Origin: Escherichia coli
Lineage (GTDB): Bacteria; Pseudomonadota; Gammaproteobacteria; Enterobacterales; Enterobacteriaceae
Strand: one strand, 5' to 3'
NCBI RefSeq assembly: GCF_003334315.1
Contig: NZ_QOWR01000001.1
Length of the DNA: 64,000 nt
Shown here: piece by piece, positions 14,059 to 24,600 of the stretch
Position numbering within the stretch: the first letter of the stretch is position 1
Layout: each line of letters begins with the position of its first letter
Position numbers and translations under genes: made by a program
Notes under the pieces: generated by a model
What the model was told of the DNA's origin: nothing
Seen by the model: only the letters and a program-made list of their open reading frames with translations
Database searches by the model: none

Positions 14059-16241
14059 TCTGCCTCCCGAACCAGCCAGATAGTGGCCAGCGGTGGTAGC
14101 GTCAGGCTTAGTGAATGCTGACGACCGTGGCTGGCAATCTCATCGCTGTGTACCGTGCCGCCATTGCCTGCATTACTGCCGTGATAGTGCATGGAATCGG
14201 TATTGAGGATTTCACGCCATTTGCCCGGCTGGTTTATGCCGAAGCGATAATCATGACGCGGTACCGGCGTAAAGTTACTGGCAACGATGATTTCGTTACC
14301 CTCTTTATCGCGACGCACAAAGATCAGCACCGAGCGTTCTTTGTCATCCACCACCAGCCATTCAAAGCCGTACGGGTCAAAATCCAGTTCATGCATTGCT
14401 TTATGGTGGCGGTAGGTGAGGTTCAGATCGCGCACCAGACGCTGGACACCGTGGTGCCAGTTATCGCCGCCTTCCAACAGATGCCAGTCGAGGCTGGCGT
14501 CATGGTTCCACTCGCGGCCCTGGGCAAATTCGTTACCCATGAACAGTAGTTTCTTGCCCGGGAATGCCCACATCCAGCCATAGTAGGCGCGCAGGTTCGC
14601 GAATTTCTGCCATGCGTCGCCCGGCATGCGGTCGAGAATCGATTTTTTACCGTGGACCACTTCATCATGCGACAACGGCAGGACGAAGTTTTCAGTGTAG
14701 TTGTAGAGAATCCCGAAGGTCAGTTTATCGTGATGATACTGACGATAAACCGGGTCGAGCTTCATGTAGTCCAGGGTGTCATGCATCCAGCCGAGGTTCC
14801 ACTTGTACCAGAAGCCCAGACCGCCCATATCCTGCGGACGAGAAACGCCAGGGAAATCGGTAGACTCCTCAGCCATTGTCACCGCACCGGAAACCTGCTC
14901 ACCAAGAATACGGTTGGTATTACGCAAGAATTCAATCGCTTCAAGATTCTCGCGCCCGCCAAATTCGTTCGGGATCCACTCCCCCTCTTTACGGCTGTAG
15001 TCGCGATAAATCATTGACGCCACCGCATCGACGCGCAGCGCATCAATACCAAAACGTTCAATCCAGTAAAGCGCGTTACCGACGAGGAAGTTACTGACTT
15101 CACGGCGACCATAGTTGTAGATCAGCGTGTTCCAGTCCTGATGATAGCCTTCACGCGGATCGCTGTGTTCATACAAGTTCGTGCCATCAAATTCGGCAAG
15201 CGCAAAGTCATCAGTCGGGAAGTGGCCTGGCACCCAGTCGAGAATCACGTTCAGACCAGCTGCGTGTGCGGCATCAATGAAATAACGGAAGTCGTCGCGA
15301 GTACCAAAACGGCGGGTTGGCGCATACAGGCCGGTTGGCTGATAACCCCAACTGCCATCGAAGGGATGCTCGTTAATGGGCAGTAGTTCGAGGTGGGTAA
15401 AGCCCATCCATTTAGCATAAGGCACCAGTTGATCGGCCAGCTCGCGGTAGCTCAACCAGAAATTGTTGTCGGTGTGGCGACGCCAGGAACCCAGGTGAAC
15501 TTCATAAATAGAGATTGGCGCATCAAACTGATTCGCTTTTTTGCGCTCTTCAGTCTGTACAACCTTTTCCGGCAGCCCGCAAATAAGAGACGCGGTTTCC
15601 GGGCGCATTTGCGCTTCAAAGGCATAAGGGTCGGACTTCAGACGCAAGTTGCCATTGGCATCAATCATCTCGTATTTATAGAGCTGACCGTTATGCGCCC
15701 CAGGGATAAACAGTTCCCAGATGCCGCTCTCTTTACGCAGGCGCATCGGGTGACGGCGACCGTCCCAGTAGTTGAATTGCCCAACCACCGAGACCCGACG
15801 GGCGTTTGGAGCCCAGACAGAGAAACGCGTACCTGTGACGCCATCCATAGTATCTGCATGCGCGCCTAAGGTTTCATACGGGCGCAGGTGAGTACCTTCA
15901 GATAATAGCCAGGCATCCATTTCCTGGATTAGCGGACCAAAACGGTAAGGATCATCAATCAGGTTTTGCTGACCATGCCAGACAACAGCCAACTGATAGC
16001 GGAAAAAATTCTTACGTCGCGGAATGACGCCGCTAAAGAATCCCCGTGAGTCGAGACACTCCAGTTTTGCGAGTTTGCGCCCGGTTTTCGGTTCAATCAC
16101 CCACACATCGGTAGCGTCGGGTAAAAGGGCACGGACTTCCAGTCCCGCGGTGGTTTTATGCATTCCCAGTACGGAAAAAGGATCCGCAAAATGGCCTGCA
16201 ATTAGCGCGTTAATCACGTCTCTATCGATACGATCGGACAT
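14055..16241 (-). CDS. glgB: 1,4-alpha-glucan branching enzyme GlgB
   Basis: 728-aa [31 protein letters not shown]... Confidence 0.95.
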
Positions 16242-16513
16242 GCTTGTCTTCCTGTTTTATTGTGTCACCCCATCCAATTGGATTTTTGACTTCTGGTTGT
16301 GACATTTTTTTGACCTGAACGGCGCAGCACTCTGTGCATCCTCTCTGCGTCGTCCTCACTTCAGGTAAGGCTGTGAATACTCATGTATTCAGCCACCCTT
16401 AAAGAATAGCCAATGCTCTATTTAACTCCCGGTAAATCATGAAACATCTGCGCTTACTCCTGTATTACGCACTAACAGGGGCGGCATCGCGCCCCAGATT
16501 TAATGAATAAAGA

Positions 16514-17617
16514 TTACGCCAGTTGACGAAGCATCCGACGCAGCGGCTCCGCGGCCCCCCACAGCAGCTGGTCGCCCACTGTAAAGGCTGACAGGAACTC
16601 TGGTCCCATATTCAGCTTACGCAGGCGGCCTACCGGCGTGGTCAGCGTGCCGGTAACGGCAGCTGGGGTTAGCTCACGCATAGTGATTTCCCGATCGTTC
16701 GGAACGACTTTCGCCCACGGATTGTGCGCAGCCAGCAGTTCTTCCACGGTCGGAATAGACACATCTTTTTTCAATTTAATAGTGAATGCCTGGCTGTGGC
16801 AGCGCAATGCCCCGACACGCACACATAAACCATCTACCGGAATTACGGAAGATGTGTTGAGGATCTTGTTGGTTTCCGCCTGCCCTTTCCACTCTTCGCG
16901 GCTCTGACCGTTATCGAGCTGTTTGTCGATCCACGGAATCAGGCTACCCGCCAGCGGCACGCCAAAGTTATCCACCGGCAGCTCACCGCTACGGGTTAAG
17001 GTTGTGACTTTGCGTTCGATATCGAGAATAGCAGAGGACGGGGTCGCGAGTTCATCTGCCACATGGCCATACAGATGGCCCATCTGGGTTAATAACTCAC
17101 GCATATGTCGCGCACCACCGCCGGAAGCGGCCTGGTAGGTTGCAACGGACACCCAATCAACAAGATCATTGGCGAATAAACCACCCAACGACATCAACAT
17201 CAGGCTTACGGTACAGTTACCGCCAACAAAAGTCCTGATGCCATTATTTAATCCGTCGGTAATGACGTCCTGATTGACGGGGTCAAGAATGATGATGGCG
17301 TCATCTTTCATGCGCAGAGACGATGCTGCGTCAATCCAGTAACCTTGCCATCCGCTTTCACGAAGCTTTGGATAGATTTCGTTGGTATAATCGCCGCCCT
17401 GACAGGTCACAATGATATCGAGGGCCTTTAGCGCCTCCAGATCAAAGGCATCCTGAAGTGTGCCAGTGGTTCCGCCAAAAGACGGCGCAGCCTGGCCAAG
17501 CTGAGAAGTAGAAAAGAAGACAGGGCGAATGGCGTCGAAGTCGCGCTCTTCAACCATGCGTTGCATGAGAACGGAGCCGACCATACCGCGCCAGCCGATA
17601 AAACCAACATTTTTCAT
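16514..17617 (-). CDS. asd: aspartate-semialdehyde dehydrogenase Asd
   Basis: Track ORF 16514..17677 trimmed to [21 protein letters not shown] (ATG at 17615-17617); 367 aa. Confidence 0.93.
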
Positions 17618-17808
17618 AAGCGTTTTTTCCTGCAAAGATGTGTGCTGTATAAATGTGCCGGTCTCCTCTTGGCACATCTTTCACCATACAAAAAGCAGCC
17701 AAAGTCGCAAGTGAAATTAATCAATGATAGCGAAGCCATCAGTAATGCGACTTATCCTGCTTTGTTAGCACGCAGAAAGTCCGCGGCAATTATCAGGGAA
17801 TTTGAGTT

Positions 17809-18402
17809 ATGAATGAAATCATTTCTGCAGCAGTTTTATTGATCCTGATTATGGATCCGCTCGGAAACCTACCTATTTTCATGTCCGTACTGAAACATAC
17901 TGAACCGAAAAGACGGCGGGCAATCATGGTGCGAGAGTTGCTTATTGCTCTCCTGGTGATGCTGGTGTTCCTGTTTGCGGGTGAGAAAATTCTGGCATTT
18001 CTCAGCCTGCGAGCAGAAACCGTCTCCATTTCTGGCGGCATCATTCTGTTTCTGATCGCCATTAAGATGATTTTCCCCAGCGCTTCAGGAAATAGCAGCG
18101 GGCTTCCTGCAGGTGAAGAGCCATTTATCGTGCCGTTGGCAATTCCGTTAGTCGCCGGGCCGACTATTCTCGCCACGCTGATGTTGTTGTCTCATCAGTA
18201 CCCGAATCAGATGGGGCATCTGGTGATTGCTCTGCTGCTGGCCTGGGGCGGCACCTTTGTCATCCTGCTACAGTCTTCGCTATTTTTACGTCTGCTGGGC
18301 GAGAAAGGGGTGAACGCACTTGAACGCCTGATGGGATTGATTCTGGTGATGATGGCAACCCAGATGTTCCTCGACGGCATTCGAATGTGGATGAAGGGGT
18401 AA
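17809..18402 (+). CDS. yhgN: MarC-family inner membrane protein YhgN
   Basis: 197-aa hydrophobic ORF MNEIISAAVLLILIMDPLGNLPIF... Confidence 0.88.
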   Translation: MNEIISAAVLLILIMDPLGNLPIFMSVLKHTEPKRRRAIMVRELLIALLVMLVFLFAGEKILAFLSLRAETVSISGGIILFLIAIKMIFPSASGNSSGLPAGEEPFIVPLAIPLVAGPTILATLMLLSHQYPNQMGHLVIALLLAWGGTFVILLQSSLFLRLLGEKGVNALERLMGLILVMMATQMFLDGIRMWMKG

Positions 18403-18425
18403 CGAGGAGAGTTTTTCGAAAAGAA

Positions 18426-18449
18426 CCCGGTAGCGTCACAACTACCGGG
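18426..18449. terminator. hairpin between convergent yhgN and gntU (putative bidirectional terminator)
   Basis: cccggtagcgtcacaactaccggg with 8-bp perfect stem, flanked by T/A-rich runs. Confidence 0.45.
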
Positions 18450-18458
18450 CGAACAAAC

Positions 18459-19799
18459 TTAACTCAACAGCTGGAACGCAATCATCCCAACGATGGCACC
18501 GACAGTGCCGAGAATGGTTTCCATCATGGTCCAGGTTTTCAGCGTTTCGGCTTCGGTCGCGCCGGTAAATTTACCGAACAACCAGAAACCAGCGTCGTTA
18601 ACGTGGCTGACAACAATCGAACCACCAGCGATACAAATCGACAGTGCCGCCATTTGCGCACCAGAGTAGTTCAGTTGTTCAATGACTGGCATCACCAGTC
18701 CCACCGCCGTTAAACAGGCTACGGTGGCAGACCCCTGAATGATGCGCACTGCAGCGGCCAGCACGAAGCAGGTGATAGCAATCGGCAGGCCCATGCCGGT
18801 TAACGCTTCGCCCAGTGCCGGACCTACGCCAGAGTCAACCAGCACCTGTTTGAACACGCCGCCCGCACCAATCACCAGCAGAATGATCCCCGCCGGTTGC
18901 AGCGCGTGACCGCAAATCTCCATCACTTTGTCTTTTGGCATGCCCTGACGCATCGCCAGGCCATAAATCGCCACCAGACAAGCAACCAGAATCGCGGTAA
19001 ACGGATGACCAATAAACTCGAACCATTCGTAAGCGGTAGAGCCTTCTGGCACAAAACGCGCGGCAATGGTTTTCAGCCCCACCAGCACCAGCGGCAACAG
19101 GATCAGCGACAGGCTGAATCCGAAGGACGGCATTTTGCCTTCGCCGAGATGCGGTTCGCTGATGTCGTCAGGAATATGCAACTCCACGTAACGGCTGATG
19201 AAATTACCCCACAGCGGCCCGGCAATAATCATTCCCGGAATTGCCGCACACAGGCCAATCAGGATCATCCAGCCAAAATCGGCGTTCATCTGCGATGCCA
19301 GCAGCATTGGCGCTGGCCCTGGCACCAGGAACGCCGCCGCTGCCGCCACGCCTGCGAATAATGGGATTACCAGCTTCACCAGGTTCGTACCGGTGTGGCG
19401 CGCCATTGAGAAAGCAACGCTAATCAGCAGAACAATCGCCACTTCAAAGAACAGCGGTAGCGCACAGACCAGCCCCGCAAGGCCGATGGCATAATGCGCG
19501 CGGCTGTGACCGAAGGATTTGAGCATTTTGACGGCAATCTGATCGACTGCGCCGGTTTCATGTAAGATCTTGCCAAACATAGCTCCCAGGGCGACAACCA
19601 CCGCCAGGAAGCCGAGGGTGCCTCCCATCCCTTTTTCCATCGTCGCTGCGATTTTATCGAGCGGCATACCGGAAAAAAGGCCAGCCCCCATGGACACCAC
19701 CATTAAAGCCAGGAAAGCGTGCATACGCGCCTTCATGACTAAAAACAGCAGCAGTAAAACAGACCCTACTGCTGTTAAAACAAGCGTTAATGTAGTCAC
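18459..19799 (-). CDS. gntU: gluconate:H+ symporter GntU (GntP family, low affinity)
   Basis: 446-aa polytopic membrane ORF MTTLTLVLTAVGSVLLLLFLVMKARMHAF... Confidence 0.92.
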   Translation of the reverse strand: MTTLTLVLTAVGSVLLLLFLVMKARMHAFLALMVVSMGAGLFSGMPLDKIAATMEKGMGGTLGFLAVVVALGAMFGKILHETGAVDQIAVKMLKSFGHSRAHYAIGLAGLVCALPLFFEVAIVLLISVAFSMARHTGTNLVKLVIPLFAGVAAAAAFLVPGPAPMLLASQMNADFGWMILIGLCAAIPGMIIAGPLWGNFISRYVELHIPDDISEPHLGEGKMPSFGFSLSLILLPLVLVGLKTIAARFVPEGSTAYEWFEFIGHPFTAILVACLVAIYGLAMRQGMPKDKVMEICGHALQPAGIILLVIGAGGVFKQVLVDSGVGPALGEALTGMGLPIAITCFVLAAAVRIIQGSATVACLTAVGLVMPVIEQLNYSGAQMAALSICIAGGSIVVSHVNDAGFWLFGKFTGATEAETLKTWTMMETILGTVGAIVGMIAFQLLS

Positions 19800-19802
19800 T
19801 AC

Positions 19803-20330
19803 TTATTTGCCTTTTTTAATAACCTCAATGGTGCTTGCCACAACACCTTCCAGCGGTTGATCGATATCCACCACCAGTACATCAGTTTCGTCCGCACCCG
19901 GCTCCTGCAGCGTTTCAAACTGCGTCACCAACATTTGGGTTTTAAAGAAATGGCCTTTGCGCGCTTTCAGGCGGCTTTCAATCACGTCAAAATCGCCTTT
20001 CAGGTAGATGAAAGAGAGATTCGGATTACCTTCACGCAGCAAGTCGCGATAGTGTTTTTTCAATGCAGAACAGACGATCAGTGACACTTTATTAGTGCGC
20101 TGCATAGCAAACGCGGCGTCGTTCAGCGCCTGCAACCAGGGTTTGCGATCGTCGTCATTCAGCGGTTCGCCAGACGCCATTTTTTCGATATTGCGCCGTG
20201 GATGGAGGAAATCGCCATCAAGAAACGCGGCATGAAGTTGATGCGCCACTTCACTGGCGACCGCAGATTTGCCGCTGCCCGATACGCCCATCAAGACGTA
20301 AATGTGGTGATCATGGTTAGTCGTGCTCAA
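19803..20330 (-). CDS. gntK: gluconokinase GntK (thermoresistant), TTG start
   Basis: Track ORF 19803..20351 starts at a TTG; the recognised N-terminus MSTTNHDHHIYVLMGVSGSGKS (P-loop) begins at an internal TTG at 20328-20330, read here as the initiator. Confidence 0.85.
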   Translation of the reverse strand: MSTTNHDHHIYVLMGVSGSGKSAVASEVAHQLHAAFLDGDFLHPRRNIEKMASGEPLNDDDRKPWLQALNDAAFAMQRTNKVSLIVCSALKKHYRDLLREGNPNLSFIYLKGDFDVIESRLKARKGHFFKTQMLVTQFETLQEPGADETDVLVVDIDQPLEGVVASTIEVIKKGK

Positions 20331-20468
20331 AGTGGTGCCCCCACAATACAAGAATTAAAAATGTTACGGGTAACTGTTATCGGTAACATTGTCCAGCCGG
20401 ACAATATCAGAAGCAATATCCATCCGTGCCTTAAGTGTATAAGTGTGAGCTACTTCAAATTTGTAGGC

Positions 20469-21464
20469 TTAAATAGATCCGCCCGGTGACAAGGTGAAAC
20501 CTAAATCTAACATTTTCGGTGTCACAGATTCGCCACGAATACGCGCCAGCAGGCGTTCAGCGCCAATACTGCCCATCCGCTCACGCGGCGTCAGTACGCT
20601 CGCCAACCGTGGTTCCATCACCTGACCAATGTCATGACCGTGGAAACCGGCAATCGCCATATCGTCAGGAACTTTTAACCCCAGACGCTGGCATTCAAAC
20701 GCCGCGCCGACCGCCAGGTCATCATTAGTACAGAACACGCCATCCAGCTGCGGATATTCCCGCCTCGCCTGGCGAATCAGTTCAATACCGGAAGAGTAAG
20801 AAGAAGATTGCTCAACCATCACGCTATATGGCACCAGGTCTGCATCCAGCATCGCCTGTTCGTATCCCTTCTGTTTGATGATAGTACGTTCGTCGAGACG
20901 TGCGCCGAGATAAGCAATGTGGCGATGCCCGCGAGCAATAATGGCGGTGGTCATCTGGCGTGCCGCTTCAAAGTTATCAAAACCGACGGCAATATCGAGG
21001 CACGGCGACTTGCTGTCCATCAACTCCACCACCGGGATCCCCGCCACTTCAATCATCTTTAAGGTGCGTGGCGTGTGAGTACGTTCGGTGAGGATCAGTC
21101 CGTCGATATTCCATGAGAGCATGGATTCGAGACGTTCTTGCTCCATTTCCGGTTTATAACCGTAGTGAGCCAGCATGGTCTGATAACCGTGCGCGTCGGT
21201 GACGCTTTCGATTCCGCGTAATACTTCCGCGAAAACCTGGTTGGTGAGAGAAGGTAACAGGACGCCAATCGCCCGGCTGGTGGCGTTAGAGAGGATATCG
21301 GGCGCACGATTGGGAATATAGCCCAGTTCATCAAGAGCCGCGGCAATCTTGCCGCGTAGAGCGACGGAAACCTGCTCCGGGTTGCGTAAAAAACGGCTGA
21401 CCGTCATTTTGGTCACGCCTACACGGTCAGCCACATCCTGAAGTACGGGTCTTTTCTTTTTCAT
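20469..21464 (-). CDS. gntR: LacI-family gluconate repressor GntR
   Basis: 331-aa ORF MKKKRPVLQDVADRVGVTKMTVSRFL..., N-terminal HTH plus periplasmic-binding-like fold. Confidence 0.93.
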   Translation of the reverse strand: MKKKRPVLQDVADRVGVTKMTVSRFLRNPEQVSVALRGKIAAALDELGYIPNRAPDILSNATSRAIGVLLPSLTNQVFAEVLRGIESVTDAHGYQTMLAHYGYKPEMEQERLESMLSWNIDGLILTERTHTPRTLKMIEVAGIPVVELMDSKSPCLDIAVGFDNFEAARQMTTAIIARGHRHIAYLGARLDERTIIKQKGYEQAMLDADLVPYSVMVEQSSSYSSGIELIRQARREYPQLDGVFCTNDDLAVGAAFECQRLGLKVPDDMAIAGFHGHDIGQVMEPRLASVLTPRERMGSIGAERLLARIRGESVTPKMLDLGFTLSPGGSI

Positions 21465-21687
21465 CGTCCTGAAGGTACAAAAGAGATAGATTCTCTTAGT
21501 TTAACACGGACACATCAGAACCTTCCCGGGGAAAACAGTGCTTGTTTACAATTATTAGATATACACTAAATCAATTGCATCGCATTGTGCTAACGACGCG
21601 GCAAAACCCCGGAAGCGTACATCAGCACGCGACCGGAGCGAGCGAGGAAGCCTGCAAAAAGGCAGGCTTCAAATATGCCGTTGAGTT

Positions 21688-22383
21688 TTAAACCGGCGGC
21701 AGATCGAACAGTAACACTTCGCTGTCGCTATCCGCATGGATGGAGATTGCCTGCTCATCCCAGATTGCCAGACCATCGCTGGTCGAGGCTTTCACGCCGT
21801 TAATGGTGACATTGCCTTTCACCACCTGGATCCAGACGCGGCGTTCAGCGGCAATCTGATGCACCGACTGCTCATCTTTCAGCAACGCCCAGCGGTACAG
21901 TTCCATATCCTGATGCACTTTCAATGAACCATCTCGCGCATCCGGCGAGAGCACCAGCTGTTTGCCCTGTACGGCATCGAAGCGACGCTGTTCATAACGC
22001 GGCGTAATACCGTTTTCTTCAGGCATGATCCAGATCTGATACAGATGCAGACGCTCGGTGCTGCTTGGGTTGTACTCTGAGTGACGAATACCCGTACCAG
22101 CACTCATAATCTGGAACTCACCCGCCGGAACCTGCTCTTTATTGCCCATGCTGTCCTGATGCTCAACAGTACCTTCCAGCACGTAGGTCAAAATTTCCAT
22201 ATCTTTATGCGGGTGAGTGCCGAAGCCCTGCCCTGCTTCAATCACGTCGTCGTTAATCACGCGCAGCGCGGAGAAGCCCATAAAGTTCGGATCGTAATAG
22301 TTGGCAAAAGAGAAAGTATGCCAGGAGTCCAGCCAGCCATGATTTGCATGACCACGTTCATTTGCTTTGCGTAAGTAGATCAT
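21688..22383 (-). CDS. yhhW: pirin-like cupin protein YhhW (quercetin 2,3-dioxygenase)
   Basis: 231-aa ORF MIYLRKANERGHANHGWLDSWHTFSFANYYD... Confidence 0.9.
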   Translation of the reverse strand: MIYLRKANERGHANHGWLDSWHTFSFANYYDPNFMGFSALRVINDDVIEAGQGFGTHPHKDMEILTYVLEGTVEHQDSMGNKEQVPAGEFQIMSAGTGIRHSEYNPSSTERLHLYQIWIMPEENGITPRYEQRRFDAVQGKQLVLSPDARDGSLKVHQDMELYRWALLKDEQSVHQIAAERRVWIQVVKGNVTINGVKASTSDGLAIWDEQAISIHADSDSEVLLFDLPPV

Positions 22384-22505
22384 TTGTATTCGCCCCCTGA
22401 ATGATTTCGATGGGCTTAGTGTGGACCCGATCTGCCTGGGATGATAGAGGGTGAAAATTGACCCCTCTGTTCAAAAAAATTGAACTATTCGAGGGGCCAT
22501 CAAAC

Positions 22506-23543
22506 TTACTTAGCGAGAGTTACTGTGGAGGGAGAGGCTTGCTCAAATCCGCGTTCAAGGATTTCCAGATTGGTAAGAACTTCAGATTCCTTGACGTAAT
22601 TTGGCGCACCGTGGGTGATGGTTTGATACAACGCATCATAAACGCGCCCGTAATCGCCCATCTCCGGCTTCATCTCTTCTCTGACCGTCACGCCCTCGTC
22701 ATTGACATACTCCAGCACACCGACCGAATCATCCGCTGCGAATCCCGGTTCGCCCGGCATAATATTAGCCTTCAGGCTGGTTTCCTGCTGGTCGATACCG
22801 TATTTAATAAACGAACCTTTCTTACCGTGAACGATAAATTTCGGATAATCGATTTTCACCAGATGGCTGGTTTTGACGATGGCTTTCAGGTCGCCATAAA
22901 ACAGTTGCGCTTCAAAGGTGTCGTCAGGATTGGCTTTATTACGCAGGCTGCGGATGTCATAAGCGACGTGATCCGGGCGACCGAACAGAGAAATAATCTG
23001 GTCCATCGTATGCACACCAAGGCCATAAAACGCGCCATCCTGCGGCAGCCCAGGTTTGGTTTCTGCCACCGGGCGGTAATAGTCAAAATGGCTTTCCACT
23101 TCAACAATCTCTCCCAACTTGCCACTTTCAATCGCTTTTTTCGCTGTCAGGAAGCAGGAGTCAAAGCGACGATTCTGATACGGCGTGACGGTCAGCCCTT
23201 TGCTTTTCGCCAACGCAAACAGCTCTTTCGCCTGCGCAAGTGTCGGAGTGAACGGTTTTTCGACCAGCACATTTTTCCCGGCTTCCAGCGCGCGTTTCGC
23301 GTACTCGAAATGGCTGTCCGCGTGGGTGCAGACAACAACCAGCTTAACATCGGGATCGTTTAGTACTTCGTCGAGATCGCTGGTGAAATGGATATGGGAA
23401 TAAATGGGAGCCTGTTCTTCCGGCTTCGCATGGCGACGAAAAATATGCGCGACATGCCAGCTATCCTTGCGGTTAAGTACATACGGCAGATGGTAACGGG
23501 TGGTGCTTTTGCCGAAGCCAATAAAGGCGCAGTTGATGACCAT
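22506..23543 (-). CDS. yhhX: Gfo/Idh/MocA-family NAD(P)-dependent oxidoreductase YhhX
   Basis: 345-aa ORF MVINCAFIGFGKSTTRYHLPYVL..., N-terminal Rossmann motif. Confidence 0.9.
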   Translation of the reverse strand: MVINCAFIGFGKSTTRYHLPYVLNRKDSWHVAHIFRRHAKPEEQAPIYSHIHFTSDLDEVLNDPDVKLVVVCTHADSHFEYAKRALEAGKNVLVEKPFTPTLAQAKELFALAKSKGLTVTPYQNRRFDSCFLTAKKAIESGKLGEIVEVESHFDYYRPVAETKPGLPQDGAFYGLGVHTMDQIISLFGRPDHVAYDIRSLRNKANPDDTFEAQLFYGDLKAIVKTSHLVKIDYPKFIVHGKKGSFIKYGIDQQETSLKANIMPGEPGFAADDSVGVLEYVNDEGVTVREEMKPEMGDYGRVYDALYQTITHGAPNYVKESEVLTNLEILERGFEQASPSTVTLAK

Positions 23544-23659
23544 GATTTCGTCCTTTTTAAGGTGGTTATTTACACCTTAGCGCAAAGCGGACGTGGTTCC
23601 TACTGGAGTGCGCATAACGAACACAAGCACTCCCGTGGATAAATTGAGAACGAAAGATC

Positions 23660-23754
23660 AAAAAAAAAGCCAGCACCCGGCTGGCTAAGTAATACTGGAA
23701 GCAATGTGAGCAATGTCGTGCTTTCAGGTTCTCCGCGAGGGTCTTCCTGATCGC
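23660..23754 (-). ncRNA. ryhB: RyhB, Fur-repressed iron-sparing small RNA
   Basis: Reverse complement of 23660-23754 reads GCGATCAGGAAGACCCTCGCGGAGAACCTGAAAGCACGACATTGCTCACATTGCTTCCAGTATTACTTAGCCAGCCGGGTGCTGGC plus a T-run (hairpin GCCAGC/GCTGGC + U9 terminator). Confidence 0.92.
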
Positions 23755-23755
23755 G

Positions 23756-23790
23756 AGACAATAATAATCATTCTCATTCGCACTTGTCCA
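23756..23790 (-). promoter_or_regulatory. Fur box / ryhB promoter
   Basis: aataataatcattctcattcgc immediately upstream of the RyhB 5' end resembles the GATAATGATAATCATTATC Fur consensus. Confidence 0.6.
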
Positions 23791-23875
23791 ACACTTTTTG
23801 CAAAAAAATGCATTTGACTCGCATTTGAAAGTCAATGATGTTGAAAGGGACATTTACCCCAAAGAGGACAAAGGA

Positions 23876-24364
23876 ATGAGTGAGATAGTAATACGCCACG
23901 CAGAAACACGGGATTACGAGGCCATCAGGCAGATTCACGCCCAGCCGGAGGTGTATTGCAACACACTACAGGTGCCTCATCCTTCCGATCATATGTGGCA
24001 GGAGCGACTCGCCGATCGTCCCGGCATCAAGCAACTCTTCGCCTGTATTGATGGAGACGTCGTGGGCCATCTCACCATTGACGTGCAACAGCGCCCACGC
24101 CGCAGTCATGTTGCCGATTTTGGTATCTGTGTCGACTCTCGTTGGAAGAACCGCGGCGTCGCCAGCGCCCTGATGCGAGAGATGATTGAAATGTGCGACA
24201 ACTGGTTGCGGGTAGATCGCATTGAACTAACCGTGTTTGTCGATAACGCCCCGGCAATTAAGGTCTATAAAAAATACGGCTTTGAAATTGAAGGGACTGG
24301 TAAGAAGTACGCATTGCGTAATGGTGAATATGTCGATGCATATTATATGGCGCGGGTGAAGTAA
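23876..24364 (+). CDS. yhhY: GNAT-family N-acetyltransferase YhhY
   Basis: Track ORF 23798..24364 trimmed to MSEIVIRHAETRDYEAIRQIHAQPEV (ATG 23876); 162 aa. Confidence 0.88.
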   Translation: MSEIVIRHAETRDYEAIRQIHAQPEVYCNTLQVPHPSDHMWQERLADRPGIKQLFACIDGDVVGHLTIDVQQRPRRSHVADFGICVDSRWKNRGVASALMREMIEMCDNWLRVDRIELTVFVDNAPAIKVYKKYGFEIEGTGKKYALRNGEYVDAYYMARVK

Positions 24365-24600
24365 GATAGTGCCCTTTTTCTGAGATGGAAAAAGGGTGTC
24401 ATTCAAAATCGACATACCTTCCTTTAAGGTATTTATTTGCCCAATACATATATTGAGATTTAACTCATAATTACTTCCTAAAGTGTAATATTTTATTTTT
24501 TAATATATACGCCTACAATTTCCTGGAGTAAATAAATAACAATTAACAAGCATAATATTGCCATTGATAAAATAGCATGCCATAAAAGGACTTTTCAGGG

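Noticed and set aside
23566-23853. 95-aa minus-strand ORF
   Set aside because: Overlaps the RyhB sRNA and its Fur-box promoter; the RNA gene explains this DNA.
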